Made by a program: the position numbers and the translations under genes. This document shows, one piece after another, positions 38,247 through 50,600 of a DNA stretch of 64,000 nucleotides. The DNA comes from Gordius albopunctatus (lineage: Eukaryota): NCBI GenBank assembly GCA_964276515.1, contig OZ193909.1:19902001-19966000 (forward strand), read 5' to 3'. Within the stretch, counting starts at the first letter, position 1. Every line of letters begins with the position of its first letter. The notes beneath the pieces were generated by a model. That model had not been told where the DNA came from, ran no database searches, and saw nothing but the letters and a program-made list of their open reading frames with translations.

Positions 38247-41200
38247 TTAAGCCAACATCAGACTCTGCAAATTTTTGTCGAGTATAGTACTTTTGACGGC
38301 TTTGAAGACGCGTTCTATGTTAGCGGTATCGATGGCAGTAGTGAAGTGGTGGAAGAGGGGACGACTTTTATCACGACGAACCGACAAAAACAGGTTGAGA
38401 ATAAAATTCTGCACCCGAATCAAATCGGCATCCGAACAGGCGCCATCTTGAACGGCACTTCCATGACCTAACCCATTTTCAGCTTCGCTCCTCTCACCCC
38501 CAGAAACATTTTTTTCGGGATCGGCGCCATTTTTAAAGTTTGGAAAGTGTCGAGCTAAATCTGAACGGGCTGTTGCTGAAGCTAGCTTAGCCCGGAGCAG
38601 GTCAGTTTTGTTGAGGAAGAGGACGATGGAGACGGTGGTGAAGAAGCGATTGTTGACGATGGTCTCGAAAATGGCACGCGCCTCATCCAGCTTATTGAGT
38701 ACGGGGTCGGGCGAGGCAGCAGCGTCTACTTTGAGAGTGTTGTCGTTCGCGGGAGCACGTGGTGGTGGGGATGTGGGATAGACGCGTAAAGTGGGAACGC
38801 TGGTGCCATTTGCCATGGTAACGACGCCGACACTTGTCGGCACGGTAACGGCGCTAGTGCGCTTGAAGCGTTCTGGTGGACAGGGGAGGTATTCGTCGTA
38901 GGAAGAAGAATCGACGATGAATATGATCGAAGTGACGCCCTCGAAGCATTGAACCCATTTTTGGCGCTGAGAGCGCTGACCACCTACGTCCACAAACCTA
39001 AAAGTATAACAATTTTATATTTGGAGAGCACACATATTACCTATAATCTTCGCATAAAAATAGTAGAAGTATGAAAACTTATTGCGAAGAATTAGGTTTC
39101 GTCAAATAATACATAGCCGATCTACCCAGGGCTTCTCTCGAAGGTAAAAGCCGTAAATTAAAAACACAGCCGAGCTCAAAAATCCTAAAGTGATTTGAAT
39201 GAGCCTATAACTTTTATAATTCACGAATCCAGAACCTTCCTATTCTGGTACCTCTCGAGTAGAGCCCTGCAAAATGAAATTTCTTCTGCCCGAGCCCGGC
39301 CCGACAGATTTTTTTATTTTTGGCCCGACCCGATTTTTTAAATAAAATTTTTAAGAAATACATTTTTGAAAATTATTTCACTATCTTAATATAAAATGCA
39401 TTAGATTGTTATTACACGTATTTACAACTAGGATAAGTTTGAAATAAAAAATTTTTCACTCGGTTAATCGTTTAAAGCTAAAAATTTAACTTTATAATAT
39501 ATATTTATAACAGTTCAAACAAAAAAGACCGTTTGAAATATTTCCTTATCTTATTTCCAAAGTTGTAACAGCTACTATAAATCTATTTAAATACTAGAAT
39601 AAGATTCGCAATTCAGGTCAGTTTTATTATAATAGACAAGGGAAAAAGCTAAAGTTTGGAAGCTATATAATAATGTATGGTGTGCGAAAAATAATGATTT
39701 AATATCGAATTTTATTTAAATCCTATTTTATAAGATGTTATTTTGTTTTAGTTCAATTCGGGCCGGGCCCGATTATATTATAAAATTTTGCCGGGTCAAG
39801 CTTCGGGCGGCACGTGCAGGGCTCTACTCTCGAGTCAATAAAGATAAATAATATTGACCCCTTCCCCACAAAATTACTAGAGCTTTTGGCATATAAGGTT
39901 AATAATAATAATATCTCAGTTTTGTGTATTGCATAAGACGGTTTGGGAGATTAAATGTGACGATTATAATTTAATTATAACAGCCTCAAGCTAGAATCCT
40001 TTGTGTCAAAGGTCAGTTTAAATTTTTCTGCTCGAAAAAGGTCCGGTGTAGGGTGTCAGCAGCCAGCGTGGTAACTCCAAACACCCCTTTTGATTGGGTA
40101 AAGGGATGATTAATGGCTTTTTCACACACTCTCCCTCCAATGAATGGGATTGGGTAGAGGCGTGATTGATGAGATTTTTTGAGAGAATTTTAGCTCGTGT
40201 TAACACTTAAGTAGGCAATAAATCATTCCTCCCTTATACTAAACTTTAACTACCCATAAGCACATTATGAATGTTTTGCATACTAAAATTTGTATTGTTC
40301 TCTTCATAACTTATAATAATTTGTTTGTTTTTACGAATATTTATTTAATATTTTTAGAGGGGGGGGGGAGTATTTACCCTAAGTTAGATCCCAGCTTTTT
40401 AAAAATTCATAAATATATATGTAATATTTTATTATATATAACAACAATAAAATCGAATAAATAAATAATTTGTCTATATATTTAATTATATAAAACTTTA
40501 TAAAACCCCACATTTTTAAAAATTTAATATTATAACCAAAATGCTAGTTTAAACTTAATTTATTAAAATTAATAAACATAACGCTTAAAAATAGCAAAAA
40601 TTGACCTTTGATTGATTGACAGCTCATATTTAACACGGCTGGTCTCTGGTATACTACACCGGTCCCATTTTATAGGTATATTGCCCGCCCGATTATGCCC
40701 GAATCATTAAAGCTGCTCTGCCCAACCCGAAATTATGATTTTTTAAATTTTTAGCTCTATAATTCATTGGATTATCTAAAAATCAAATGAATAAAAGACA
40801 AAGTAATAGACGAAAATCAAATAATACACTAAGTAAAAATCTGATTGTATTTCAGCTATATAGAATAGACCTTTGTAAGTTGTTTTATTTTCAATATATA
40901 CCTATATTAATTATTACTATTAACGAAACATGATATGTATAAATGTAATTACTTAATTGAATATATTATTATAAAGCATCCAGATGATTTAAGCGCCAAT
41001 ATTAATTTTAAAAAATAGCCTCGAGGCATATTAGAATCACATTGGAAAAACATGATAAATGATATATCACATATAATAGCTATCAGGAAAATTTCCCGTG
41101 GGAATTTCCCTATACCACCATCTCTAGGCCGAGCCAAAGAAATTTCATTTTGCAGGGAAAGTATCAGAGGCCAGATGTGCCCGGCGGGAAACTTTCGTAA

Positions 41201-44200
41201 ATTTTGACTTACGGGCGGGCCCTGGCGGGCACCGTAAAAAGATTCGGCCAATTCGGGGTCAATTTTGTTTTTAAAATAATGTTTTATATTTTTTTGTCTA
41301 TATTTTGTCACTTTTTATTTTGATTTCATAATATTTGTTAGTCGTAGCTCTCATTCAAAGAAAAAATCAAAAATAACGATAAAATTTTTTAAAAAATATA
41401 ACGATATTAGTGCTAAAAATTTTAAAATACACCATTTCCGGCCGGGCAGCTCTGATAATTCGGGAATTGTCGGGCGAACAGATAGAAGAGTTCGGGCGGG
41501 CAGATTAATTATAAAATCAGGCCGGACCGGGTTCGGGCAGAATTTTTTTTTAATCAAATCTGACCTCTGCTAAGTATACCCCATTGTTGAAACAGAAAAA
41601 GTAAATTGACATCTACATTAGTTAATAAATTATTATTTAATAAAATGGAGATGACATTGCTTTAACATCACATCATAACACTAATTTTATTTTTGATTTT
41701 TATGAATTTTGTAAATGATACATATATTTTGAAATGCTGTCTTTAATGTTTCAATAGTTTTCAAAAATTTATTGCGTTTTAAAAACACTTTAATTAACCA
41801 AAATCACAATAATATTTATTATATAGCCTTACAGTATACGTATTGTATTTAACCTTGATGACGAGTCTATCTAGTCTATGGGCACTCTTAGTTGTATCTA
41901 ATCGATAAATGTCATATTAATGGAGTATTATACGACCACTTCACTCGCACCTTGAAAGTGCCCAGTGTTATCACGTCAATCATTCTAATTACTAAATAAC
42001 CGAGGCAGTCGATTGAGGAGAGGAGCTTATTAATTTTATTAATCAAGGCTAAAAAGGTGTGAAAATCAAAATGAGGAATCCTCCAGCAAGCCTAGTGTCA
42101 TCTCGGGCTATAACGATATCCAACGCTTAGCCAAGAGGGGGGGGGGGCAATAATGATTTTGTCATACTTTTATCAAATTTTGAGGAATTTTGGATTTAGA
42201 GGGGGTGGGCAGCTGCCCCTCCCTACCAACTAGGCTTATGGTCGTGTCATAATTGACCACGAATGTGAGCAATGCTAAATTGCCCAAGTGCGACAATTAT
42301 ATTTTTGAATTACAAATAATCTTTTTGAACTAGTTACTTACCCAACTTTCAAATTCCTTTAAAGCATGATCGAATAAATCTTAACAATTTTAAATTGCAA
42401 ATATTACCGATAGATAGATAGATAGATAGATAGGGAGGAGGGGAGCTCGAGTTGAAAAGCGATATCATATTCGCTGTACGAACGACGTTCTACTTCTTTT
42501 GATGCGATAATAATGAAGAAACAACATTTTAGTAATTCCTTTATTTGCTGGTTTTGCTTCGGGCCGCACTCGGATAAAGGGGTAGGGGCATGGGCTTAGC
42601 CAGGGGGTGGCAGGGACGGGCGACTGCCCCCCCTCTAATTCCAATACTAGCTACGCCCATGGGTAAGGGAATTGAAAATATTTATTGCGGTTAATATAGT
42701 AACACGTTTTTCCTTAATTTTCAACCATATTTTCTTTTAATATTCAAGCTTAAGGCCTAAATTTACACGTTAAAAGATTTTTAAATTGACTTCGTAAAAG
42801 GCCGTTCGGTATAAGTTCAGTTTTGGAAGGGAGGTTGATAAAAGTGAGCATGTGGAGGGAGAGATTGAGAAATTAGAAGCAGTCGAAGGGGTTAACGCGC
42901 CAATTCCTCCCAATCATACCATAAGGGTATGTATGTATGTATACACGTTAGAAAGATGATCCAGGGATTATAGATCGATTAGCAAAATGTGTGCGGAGAT
43001 TTAAAGAGCACAAAGAGGAGTTTTAGCGGCTTAGTAACTGTTTTAAGTTAAAGGAGAAAAGAAATCATCTCTCAGCACACTAATCTCCCTTCCTGTGATA
43101 ATCGAGAGCGAGACGTTGAAAAATTAGAGCCTCCCTTCCTTTCAAAGAAACGGAGCGAGCAGCTCAAAGAGGGAGAGAGCGTTGAAAGCATTAGACAGCC
43201 CCCTACCCCTCGACGAGGTCAAGTGCTAAAATAATGGATAACGCGACCACGGAAATGATTGATAGCAAGGGGGACCCGTCGATTGATTAATTGTGATTGA
43301 TCGATAGATTTTAGATTATTTGAGAAGAAGCTTTGCGAGGATAAATCGTTCGATAGTAAAAGAGAGATTACAAAATTAATTTGAGGAATATTGTTCAAAA
43401 AATTATTGAGAAGGGGTAGCAGAGGGAGTAATGAGTTTAAGTTGGGGTTTCACAAATAGCTAGGAATGGTTTTAATATCTCGCCACTCCCCCAGCCCCAC
43501 GCCATACGAGACTTGCGACGTAGGAAAGCGACGACAGAAAAATTGTAGCAAAGTCTAGAACCGTATAAATCACCCACGCTTGCTGCTGGTGTGATTAATG
43601 ATTTGTGGGTGTTAAAGATTAAATTGATGAGCGATTAATCATTTTCCCACAGTGTTTAATGAAGTTTAAATGGATGATCATAGGGAATGGTGTTACGAGA
43701 TTCAAGGTTAAACTTTTGCGCCTGATAGACGAGAAATGCTAATGTTTTTAATTTGCTAAGTGATTTTGGCTTAGGGTTTGGGTTAAGCAATTGATACCAG
43801 AGAAACGATCGTTCCAGAAAAACGAAAAAAATGAAAGACACAACTACAAAGTAAACTCAATTATAACAAACAATTTTTGAAAGAACTCTTTGCCAGAAAA
43901 TAATTCAAAGGAAAATCATGGAAAGGGTTTGAAATTAACTGCAAAATTTTGAGGGAGTCCATGGCTTTAAAAGCAGACGATTATGAGTGCGCAAATAAGA
44001 AAAGAATTACCCAATCGTTATAAACTGAATTTCAATTAATTATGTTTTAGCGATAAACTATTCACAATTTTATAAGACATTTCCAAATTTTATAAATAGT
44101 TAAGGGTAAAGCTATGAATTACATTAATACTTTAAGATAAAAGGCAATTAATTATTTAGGCTTTACTCTTTCTTCAGCCAGTATGTACTTTATTTTTTTA

Positions 44201-46701
44201 CAAACAACAGCCAATCTAAGTGTTATTATCTTACATCTTGAAAATGGCCAACATTATGTGTACTGCAAACTCCATTTCCAACCTCAGCAAATAGATAAGG
44301 GGGCTTATTATAGTTTAATAGTTTGATACAACAAATCTTAATGGCAGTTCGCAAATCCCCATTCAATGGCTACTACAACTATCTTGGGCAGGAGTTAAAG
44401 TTGGGGGGGAGAAATAATATTTTTTTTTGAAATATTAGCCATAATTACACGAAATTTCAAAGATATTTTGAATTTAGAGAGGGGGGCATTGGCTACACGC
44501 ATGATAGCTCGAGTTCTTTAAGATTGGAAAACAAGAGATTTTTATAGCAAAATCTAAGGTAGTAAATAGTAATAAAAGGTGATGATGATGAGGAGGTCTG
44601 ATATTCGTCTGTCCCAAAATTCGCCATCTTTAATACCACCAGGGGGCTGTCGTTTTTACTATATATAGCATTATAAACTTCATTTTGACCCATAAAAGTT
44701 GTAAAATTGTAAGGTAGCGAAGTTGAAGGATGATGGATAATGTTTCAAATTACTTTTTTTTATATTTTAATCAAATACTCGTAGGGTGCCCCCCCCCCGA
44801 ATATACGTGTTGTGTGACCGCACGTAAAAAGTCCCCAAATTATGAGCGGTCAAGTAGAAAAGTTAAATGGGTATTTGAATTTAGTCGACTAAACGCAAAC
44901 AGACCGCTAGGTTTGGTCCAAACTTGAAATGCAGACCAGAACCGACCGTTGGTCTTGGTTGAAGCAAAAATAAACCAGCCATACAGACAGACAGAGCAAA
45001 CAGACCGCTAGGTTTGGTCCAAACTTGAAATGCAGACCAGAACCGACCGTTGGTCTTGGTTGAAGCAAAAATAAACCAGCCATACAGACAGACAGAGCAA
45101 ACAGACCGCTAGGTTTGGTCCAAACTTGAAATGCAGACCAGAACCGACCGTTGGTCTTGGTTGAAGCAAAAATAAACCAGCCATACAGACAGACAGACAC
45201 GATGTCTGTTATATTTACAAAGCTGAACACATATAGAAGGGCTTAGCCAAGAGGGGGTGGGGGGGGCATTCCCATTTCTAAATTTTTTCGTTATTTAACG
45301 AAATTTTCATGGTGGTCTAAATCCAAAAAATTGTTGAAACTTATTTAAATTATGGCTAAAATTGCAAAAAAAATTGTCCATAAAATAGGCAACATTTTAA
45401 ATAAAAAAAGATTAAAAGCGTCTCTTAATCGTTACACAAGACATTAATTTCGCAGATTAAATTTTAAACGCAAGTTTACATTTTAATTTAAAATGCTAAA
45501 AATAACACTAATAACACCAGGAATGGTATTAGTCATGAGTTAGATGGGTCAAAAAAAGTCAATAATTTTTTTATTGATTGATTATCGATTAACGCTCGAT
45601 CACTGATTGATTAATTACCTGAATGGGTGACCGTGTATGTTGATGATGTGTTCCACTATGCATTTCGTCGCCTTCCTGCAATGTAATATGTCCAAATAGG
45701 TGGGCACGTAATCCTACAATGGATTCAATGTTTTTTTGCAATGGGATAAAAATGATTAAAAAGGTTAATCTAATTATATTTGGCTGCTTCACAATCTATG
45801 AAATTTTGATTATTTATTATTACAAATTTTAAAAAGAGATTGTTTTATAATGGCTGACATTTAATGCAAGAGAAAGTCAAAGCTTTTAAATTTTGGTGAG
45901 GTTTATAAGAGTACTTAGAATACTAGGGTTCATTAATGGATTGTTATATAATATATCTGATATGTAATAAAAGGTTTTTGATAATGGCAGGTGGCATTAT
46001 AAAGGCTCAGTGCAAATGATTTTAAAAAATTTTAAATTAATTTGCATATTTTTTTAAACTATTTGAAGCATATAGTAAAACAAAAATTAATAATTATAAT
46101 AAACTGTTTCATTATAAAATGCACTAGGATTTTAAATAAAGGAATTACCTGCTTAGATATTCTTTCAAGGTTTTCTAAAAAATAAAATGTTGAGTTCCCC
46201 TAATAAAAAGTAGAATGAATTAAATCTTAATAAATATACTATCTGGAATTCTGCTTTTCTTTCATAAGTTTCTTTTAATGCAGGGTCACTCCATAAACTT
46301 TTGATTGCACAAACATTGTTGTTGAAAATTTCGGGTGTTAAGTTTAAATAGTCGTTAAACTGAGATAATTTGGTGGCTTGTTCAGCAGATAATAGATTTT
46401 TCCAATCAATGTTTAATTTATTTCTTGCATCAATTAGAATTTGAGCCGCACGCATTATATTTTTATATATAGTTAATTTGTACTGATTCATTTCCTTATC
46501 AGTAAATTCGACCCCATTGATTATCTTCATCTGTTTCATAAATGTACTTTTCCCACTTTCCCCAGGTCCTAAAAGAAGCAACTTTATTTGTCTTTTGTAT
46601 TCTCTATTGTCTTTTAGAAGTTCCTTGTCAATTTTTTTACTTTTATTTTTTGCCTCATTCGTAGACGTGTTGTTGAAACAAAGGTTACAAGTAAATGCCA
46701 T
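38247..46701 (-). CDS. GNA12/13: Heterotrimeric G protein alpha subunit, G12/13 (concertina) class; exons 46701-46240, 46199-46149, 45713-45619, 38997-38247
   Basis: Spliced protein has KLLLLGPGESGKSTFMKQM, EFQI|GNSTFYFLENLERI, DILHCRKATK, FR|FVDVGGQRSQRQKW, LFLNKTD, HHFTTAIDT and C-terminal NLQSLMLA. All introns are GT-AG and phase-compatible. Confidence 0.92.
39260..39826. mobile_element. hAT-type non-autonomous element in G-alpha intron 3
   Basis: TAGAGCCCTGCA...TGCAGGGCTCTA TIRs, perfect 8-bp TSD CTCTCGAG and GCCCG subterminal repeats. A truncated copy starts at ~49452. Confidence 0.9.
42589..42661. mobile_element. 73-bp minimal family-1 MITE
   Basis: CATGGGCTTAGC...GCTACGCCCATG with TSD GGTAGGGG/GGTAAGGG. 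Confidence 0.75.
44895..45197. repeat. Tandem array, 3 x 101 bp
   Basis: Unit GCAAACAGACCGCTAGG...CATACAGACAGACAGA starts at 44895, 44996 and 45097; copies look identical. Confidence 0.95.
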
Positions 46702-47189
46702 TACCGCAAATTTAAACTCACATGCTGTGTTTTTTTAAAACATATGATTCATATATTAAAAATAATATATAATTTGGGTACATTTCAAAATGAGGAAAGA
46801 TTAAAATAACATGAAAGTTTACCGTTAATTTTCAAACATGCACCTACAATTTATCAAATTCGTATGTGTTGGGGGCTGAAAAAAGAGGATGCAACGTATT
46901 ATATTTCTATCATAGATATTATTCTGTCAAAAGATAACTTTGCTGCTTATAAAAATTAAAGCTCAATGAGAAACTCTTAAATCAAAAATGCTAATTAAAA
47001 TCTATTTTTTATTAATTTTAAAGAATTAAGCAATTATTAATCTTCTGTGAAAGTAATCATGATTTTCCAAAACAAGAACTTACTCAAATGATTTTATTAA
47101 ATGTTATCACCGATCTGGATACCAATATCAATAAAATTAGAATATCATATATGGGATATAAAATCGGAATGTAAAATGATATACATATA

Positions 47190-47612
47190 GTGAAACTATT
47201 AAATTTTAAGTTCATTTACCTCGAAAGATATTTGATAGGGATATGCACTAGGTTAAGAGAGAAAGAATTCGCGGGGAGAATTTACTTGAATTTAAATGTT
47301 TATCGTTACTTACAACACTTACTGATATATAAATTCGCGATTTTTATATTACTTAATAATGGTATGATTTCGATATAATAAAAATAACTACCGTTAAAAA
47401 AAAATCAGCAGTGAAACTATTAAATGTCCTATTCATTTACCTCAAAAGAGATTTGGTATGGATGCGCACAAGGTTATAGGGGAAAGAATACGTTAGAGAA
47501 TTTACTTGAATTTGAGTGTTTATCGTTATTTACAACCTTTACTTATATATAAATGCGCGGTTTATATATTTCCTACTACGATTATGAATTCGTTATAATA
47601 AATACACTACCA
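47190..47612. repeat. Diverged tandem duplication (~221-bp period)
   Basis: GTGAAACTATTAAAT...AGAATTTACTTGAATTT...ACTACC occurs at 47190 and 47411. Confidence 0.75.
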
Positions 47613-50600
47613 ATCATTTTTTACTATATACCTTATGTCATTTAGGCTAAATACGACCTGTTACTAAATGCAAAGGAAACATCGATTAAGATGCATTTTG
47701 GCAATCAAGTCTTTGACAAATCTTGATAAAATTAAAACGCAATTTTCTTTACTTTAATATGTAAACCTATGATTTTATGTTGTAAGATAAAACGATATTC
47801 ACATTTTAATATTGTTAATTTTGTAAATTTTTCTGACTGGTTTTTTGACATTAAAATGATATAAAATGGCTGTTTGGATATCCAAATTCACATAATATAC
47901 CACCAAATTATTATAAAACGGAGTCCTTAACGTTATTAACGCTTTGATACAAAGATATCAAGTTTTTGTCTTGAACTTTTAATTAATTAGCATTTGAAAT
48001 TCTAAATTCCCTCGTTGTTTTAGTATTAAGATTATATAAAACGGCGATTTCAATATCCGAAACAACCTAATATTCCATCAAGTTTTATAAAACAAAATTT
48101 AAAAAGAAATAAATTAACAACTCGAGTACAGCCCTAACCCTAACCCTTTAGATGGCTGTAATGGCTGGCGGCTAAGGCGAAAAGTAGCGACTTTATTAAA
48201 AAGATTTTACAATATTAGGAATTAATTTATTCACGCGAATACGATTAAATATTTACAGCAATATAGAAAGATTTTCAATTAAATTATCTGCGACGGTAAA
48301 ATTATAACATTGGGTAAAATTACGATTAAAAAAGGAAGAGTAGGGATTGAGAACAATTACAAAGGGTTTAGGACAAATACAAAGATTTGGGAAAAAAACT
48401 TTAAGGAATGCAATATGGATGTAAGATCTCGCTTTTAAAGCTGTTGAATCTTCCCTGGGTGGTGGGCTTGATTTAACTAGCGATGACCTGGCGATCTACG
48501 GACGGGGATGCGAAAATGAGTACCAGATGTGGCTGAGTTAAAAACAAAAATAAAAAGTAATTAAACAAAAAGAGCCTCAAAGAAACTTAGCCACTTCCGC
48601 GTCTAGGTTAACCCGCGGTAAAAATGCTTCCTTTGACTAATCCTTTTATTTTAATTATAAGGATCGCAGAACCGTTCTTTAACCCTTCTATATTAACATT
48701 AATCAAACAAATCTAAGTAAGATCAAAGTATACCGCGGACATTAAAACGCTGTATACTAACATATTGTAACGTGGTATACACGTATACCACAATGGCCTT
48801 AGTTCTTATTCTCAAATTAGCTCGCCTGCATCTTTAGGCAGAAGCACAAGTTAAATTTATATATATTTAAAATAAATTGCTGGGACACACTTGGAGTAAA
48901 TTGGCTGTATTTTATAAAGGGACATGCTTTTTGTTCTCATAACTTATAAGTTTAAATTTCAGGCATATTGTGTTAAGCAATATTTGTGGTTATGATTAAA
49001 AGTTTTGAATTCTATACATAGTAAATTAATCGCATTTTCAGAGATTTTCAAGTTTAACAATATTGAATTATGGATAGGGGGGGGGGTGAGTGGAAGATAA
49101 ATGGCCAAAGAGGTGTGTTAAGAGACTCAAAAGGACGATACCTGATAAGTCAAATCAAACTAGTGCCGATCCCTAAAACTTATTATTATATTTAACATTA
49201 TAAGCCTGATGAAAATCAAGCAATATACTTGTATATATCTATAACTCTTTTTCTTATCGCCGTATTATATTACGATTTTCGTATTCCTGAATCAGTCATA
49301 TATATTCAATTGTTATCTTGTTCATTAACATGTTCTTTTAAATAAAATACTCTTACGAACTTCTACCACCTCTTAATTTTTTAAAGCTCTGTAAGAATCT
49401 ACTTAATGTGTGGTATCTGGAGACTACTTCTAGATTTATACGTACTACACGTAGAGCCCTGCAAAATGAAATTTGTTCTGCCCGAGCCCGACTAGAGCCC
49501 GAACGACTTTTTATTTTAGGTGCGACCAAATTTTTCAAATAGAAAATTTAAACAAATTTATTTTAATATTTTTGAAAAATATTTAACCAATGAGGGGGGG
49601 GCCTAGCTACGCACATGGGAATAAATGAGCTACTCTACGAGGTAAAACTGGGTAAAACATAACGATATATTACATTTTGTACCTTGTTGCTGTTTATATA
49701 AATTTTTACAATTTGCTCAATTCAGAAAAAATCTTATAACTTTTTTACAATCTATGTAAGGTTATTCAATAATATCAAGATTCATAAATATCTTAAGAAG
49801 TTTGAATTACTAATATTTTGCTATATAAGGTTTTTTTTTATAACAAACATTTATTTTAACAAGTTACTTTATATCAAATGGACTCTATTTTATCTATCAA
49901 ATATGAATTAAGTTTGAATTGCTTTTATGATTGCATTGTTATTCATTAATTGAACTTAATATAATTTTTATTTAAATTTGAACAATTTATAAATCATTTA
50001 AAAAATATATGTCAACATAGCTTCGTAATTTTTTGATTTAATTAGTTTTATTTTTGCCATTAACTTTTATTACACCGTGAAAAGTTATTGAATCAGTTTG
50101 ATAAATTATTTTGGCAGGGTGTATATAAAAACACTTATAACATTGTTTATATTTGCAAATTCTTAAAATTTCATATTTAGTTGCTAAAATACAACTTTTA
50201 ATATTTATAGCCAGGTTGTTAAAAGAGGTGATTTTAAATCCCCTTTAATAATCTATCCAACTTTAATTATGAAAGCTTTAAAAAGACAGTACTGATTTGA
50301 AATATTTCTAATCATTAACAAAAATCTGACTTGCAACTTAAAGAATAACTTTAATCCTTGTTATCTAGAAGCATTTGAACCTGAAGTTAATTTAGTTAAA
50401 TATCTAAATTCATGTGACTTTAAGATATAACAGACCTACTAGAGCTCATCAGTATGCCATATAGTTAATTTTCTACTTACACACTAACCAATTTGGCTTT
50501 CCTTCACTTTTTATATACAAGCTACAATCAATTGGCCCTTATTTGAATATTAAATAAAAAACAATGTTAATCCTTAACCATCATAAATGTTTTTTAAATC

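Noticed and set aside
42480..42560. KGIT-containing frame as the missing G-alpha switch I exon
   Set aside because: The real exon with proper splice sites is 45713-45619.
44895..45197. CRISPR-like array
   Set aside because: Units are identical with no unique spacers, there are no cas genes, and it lies in a eukaryotic intron.
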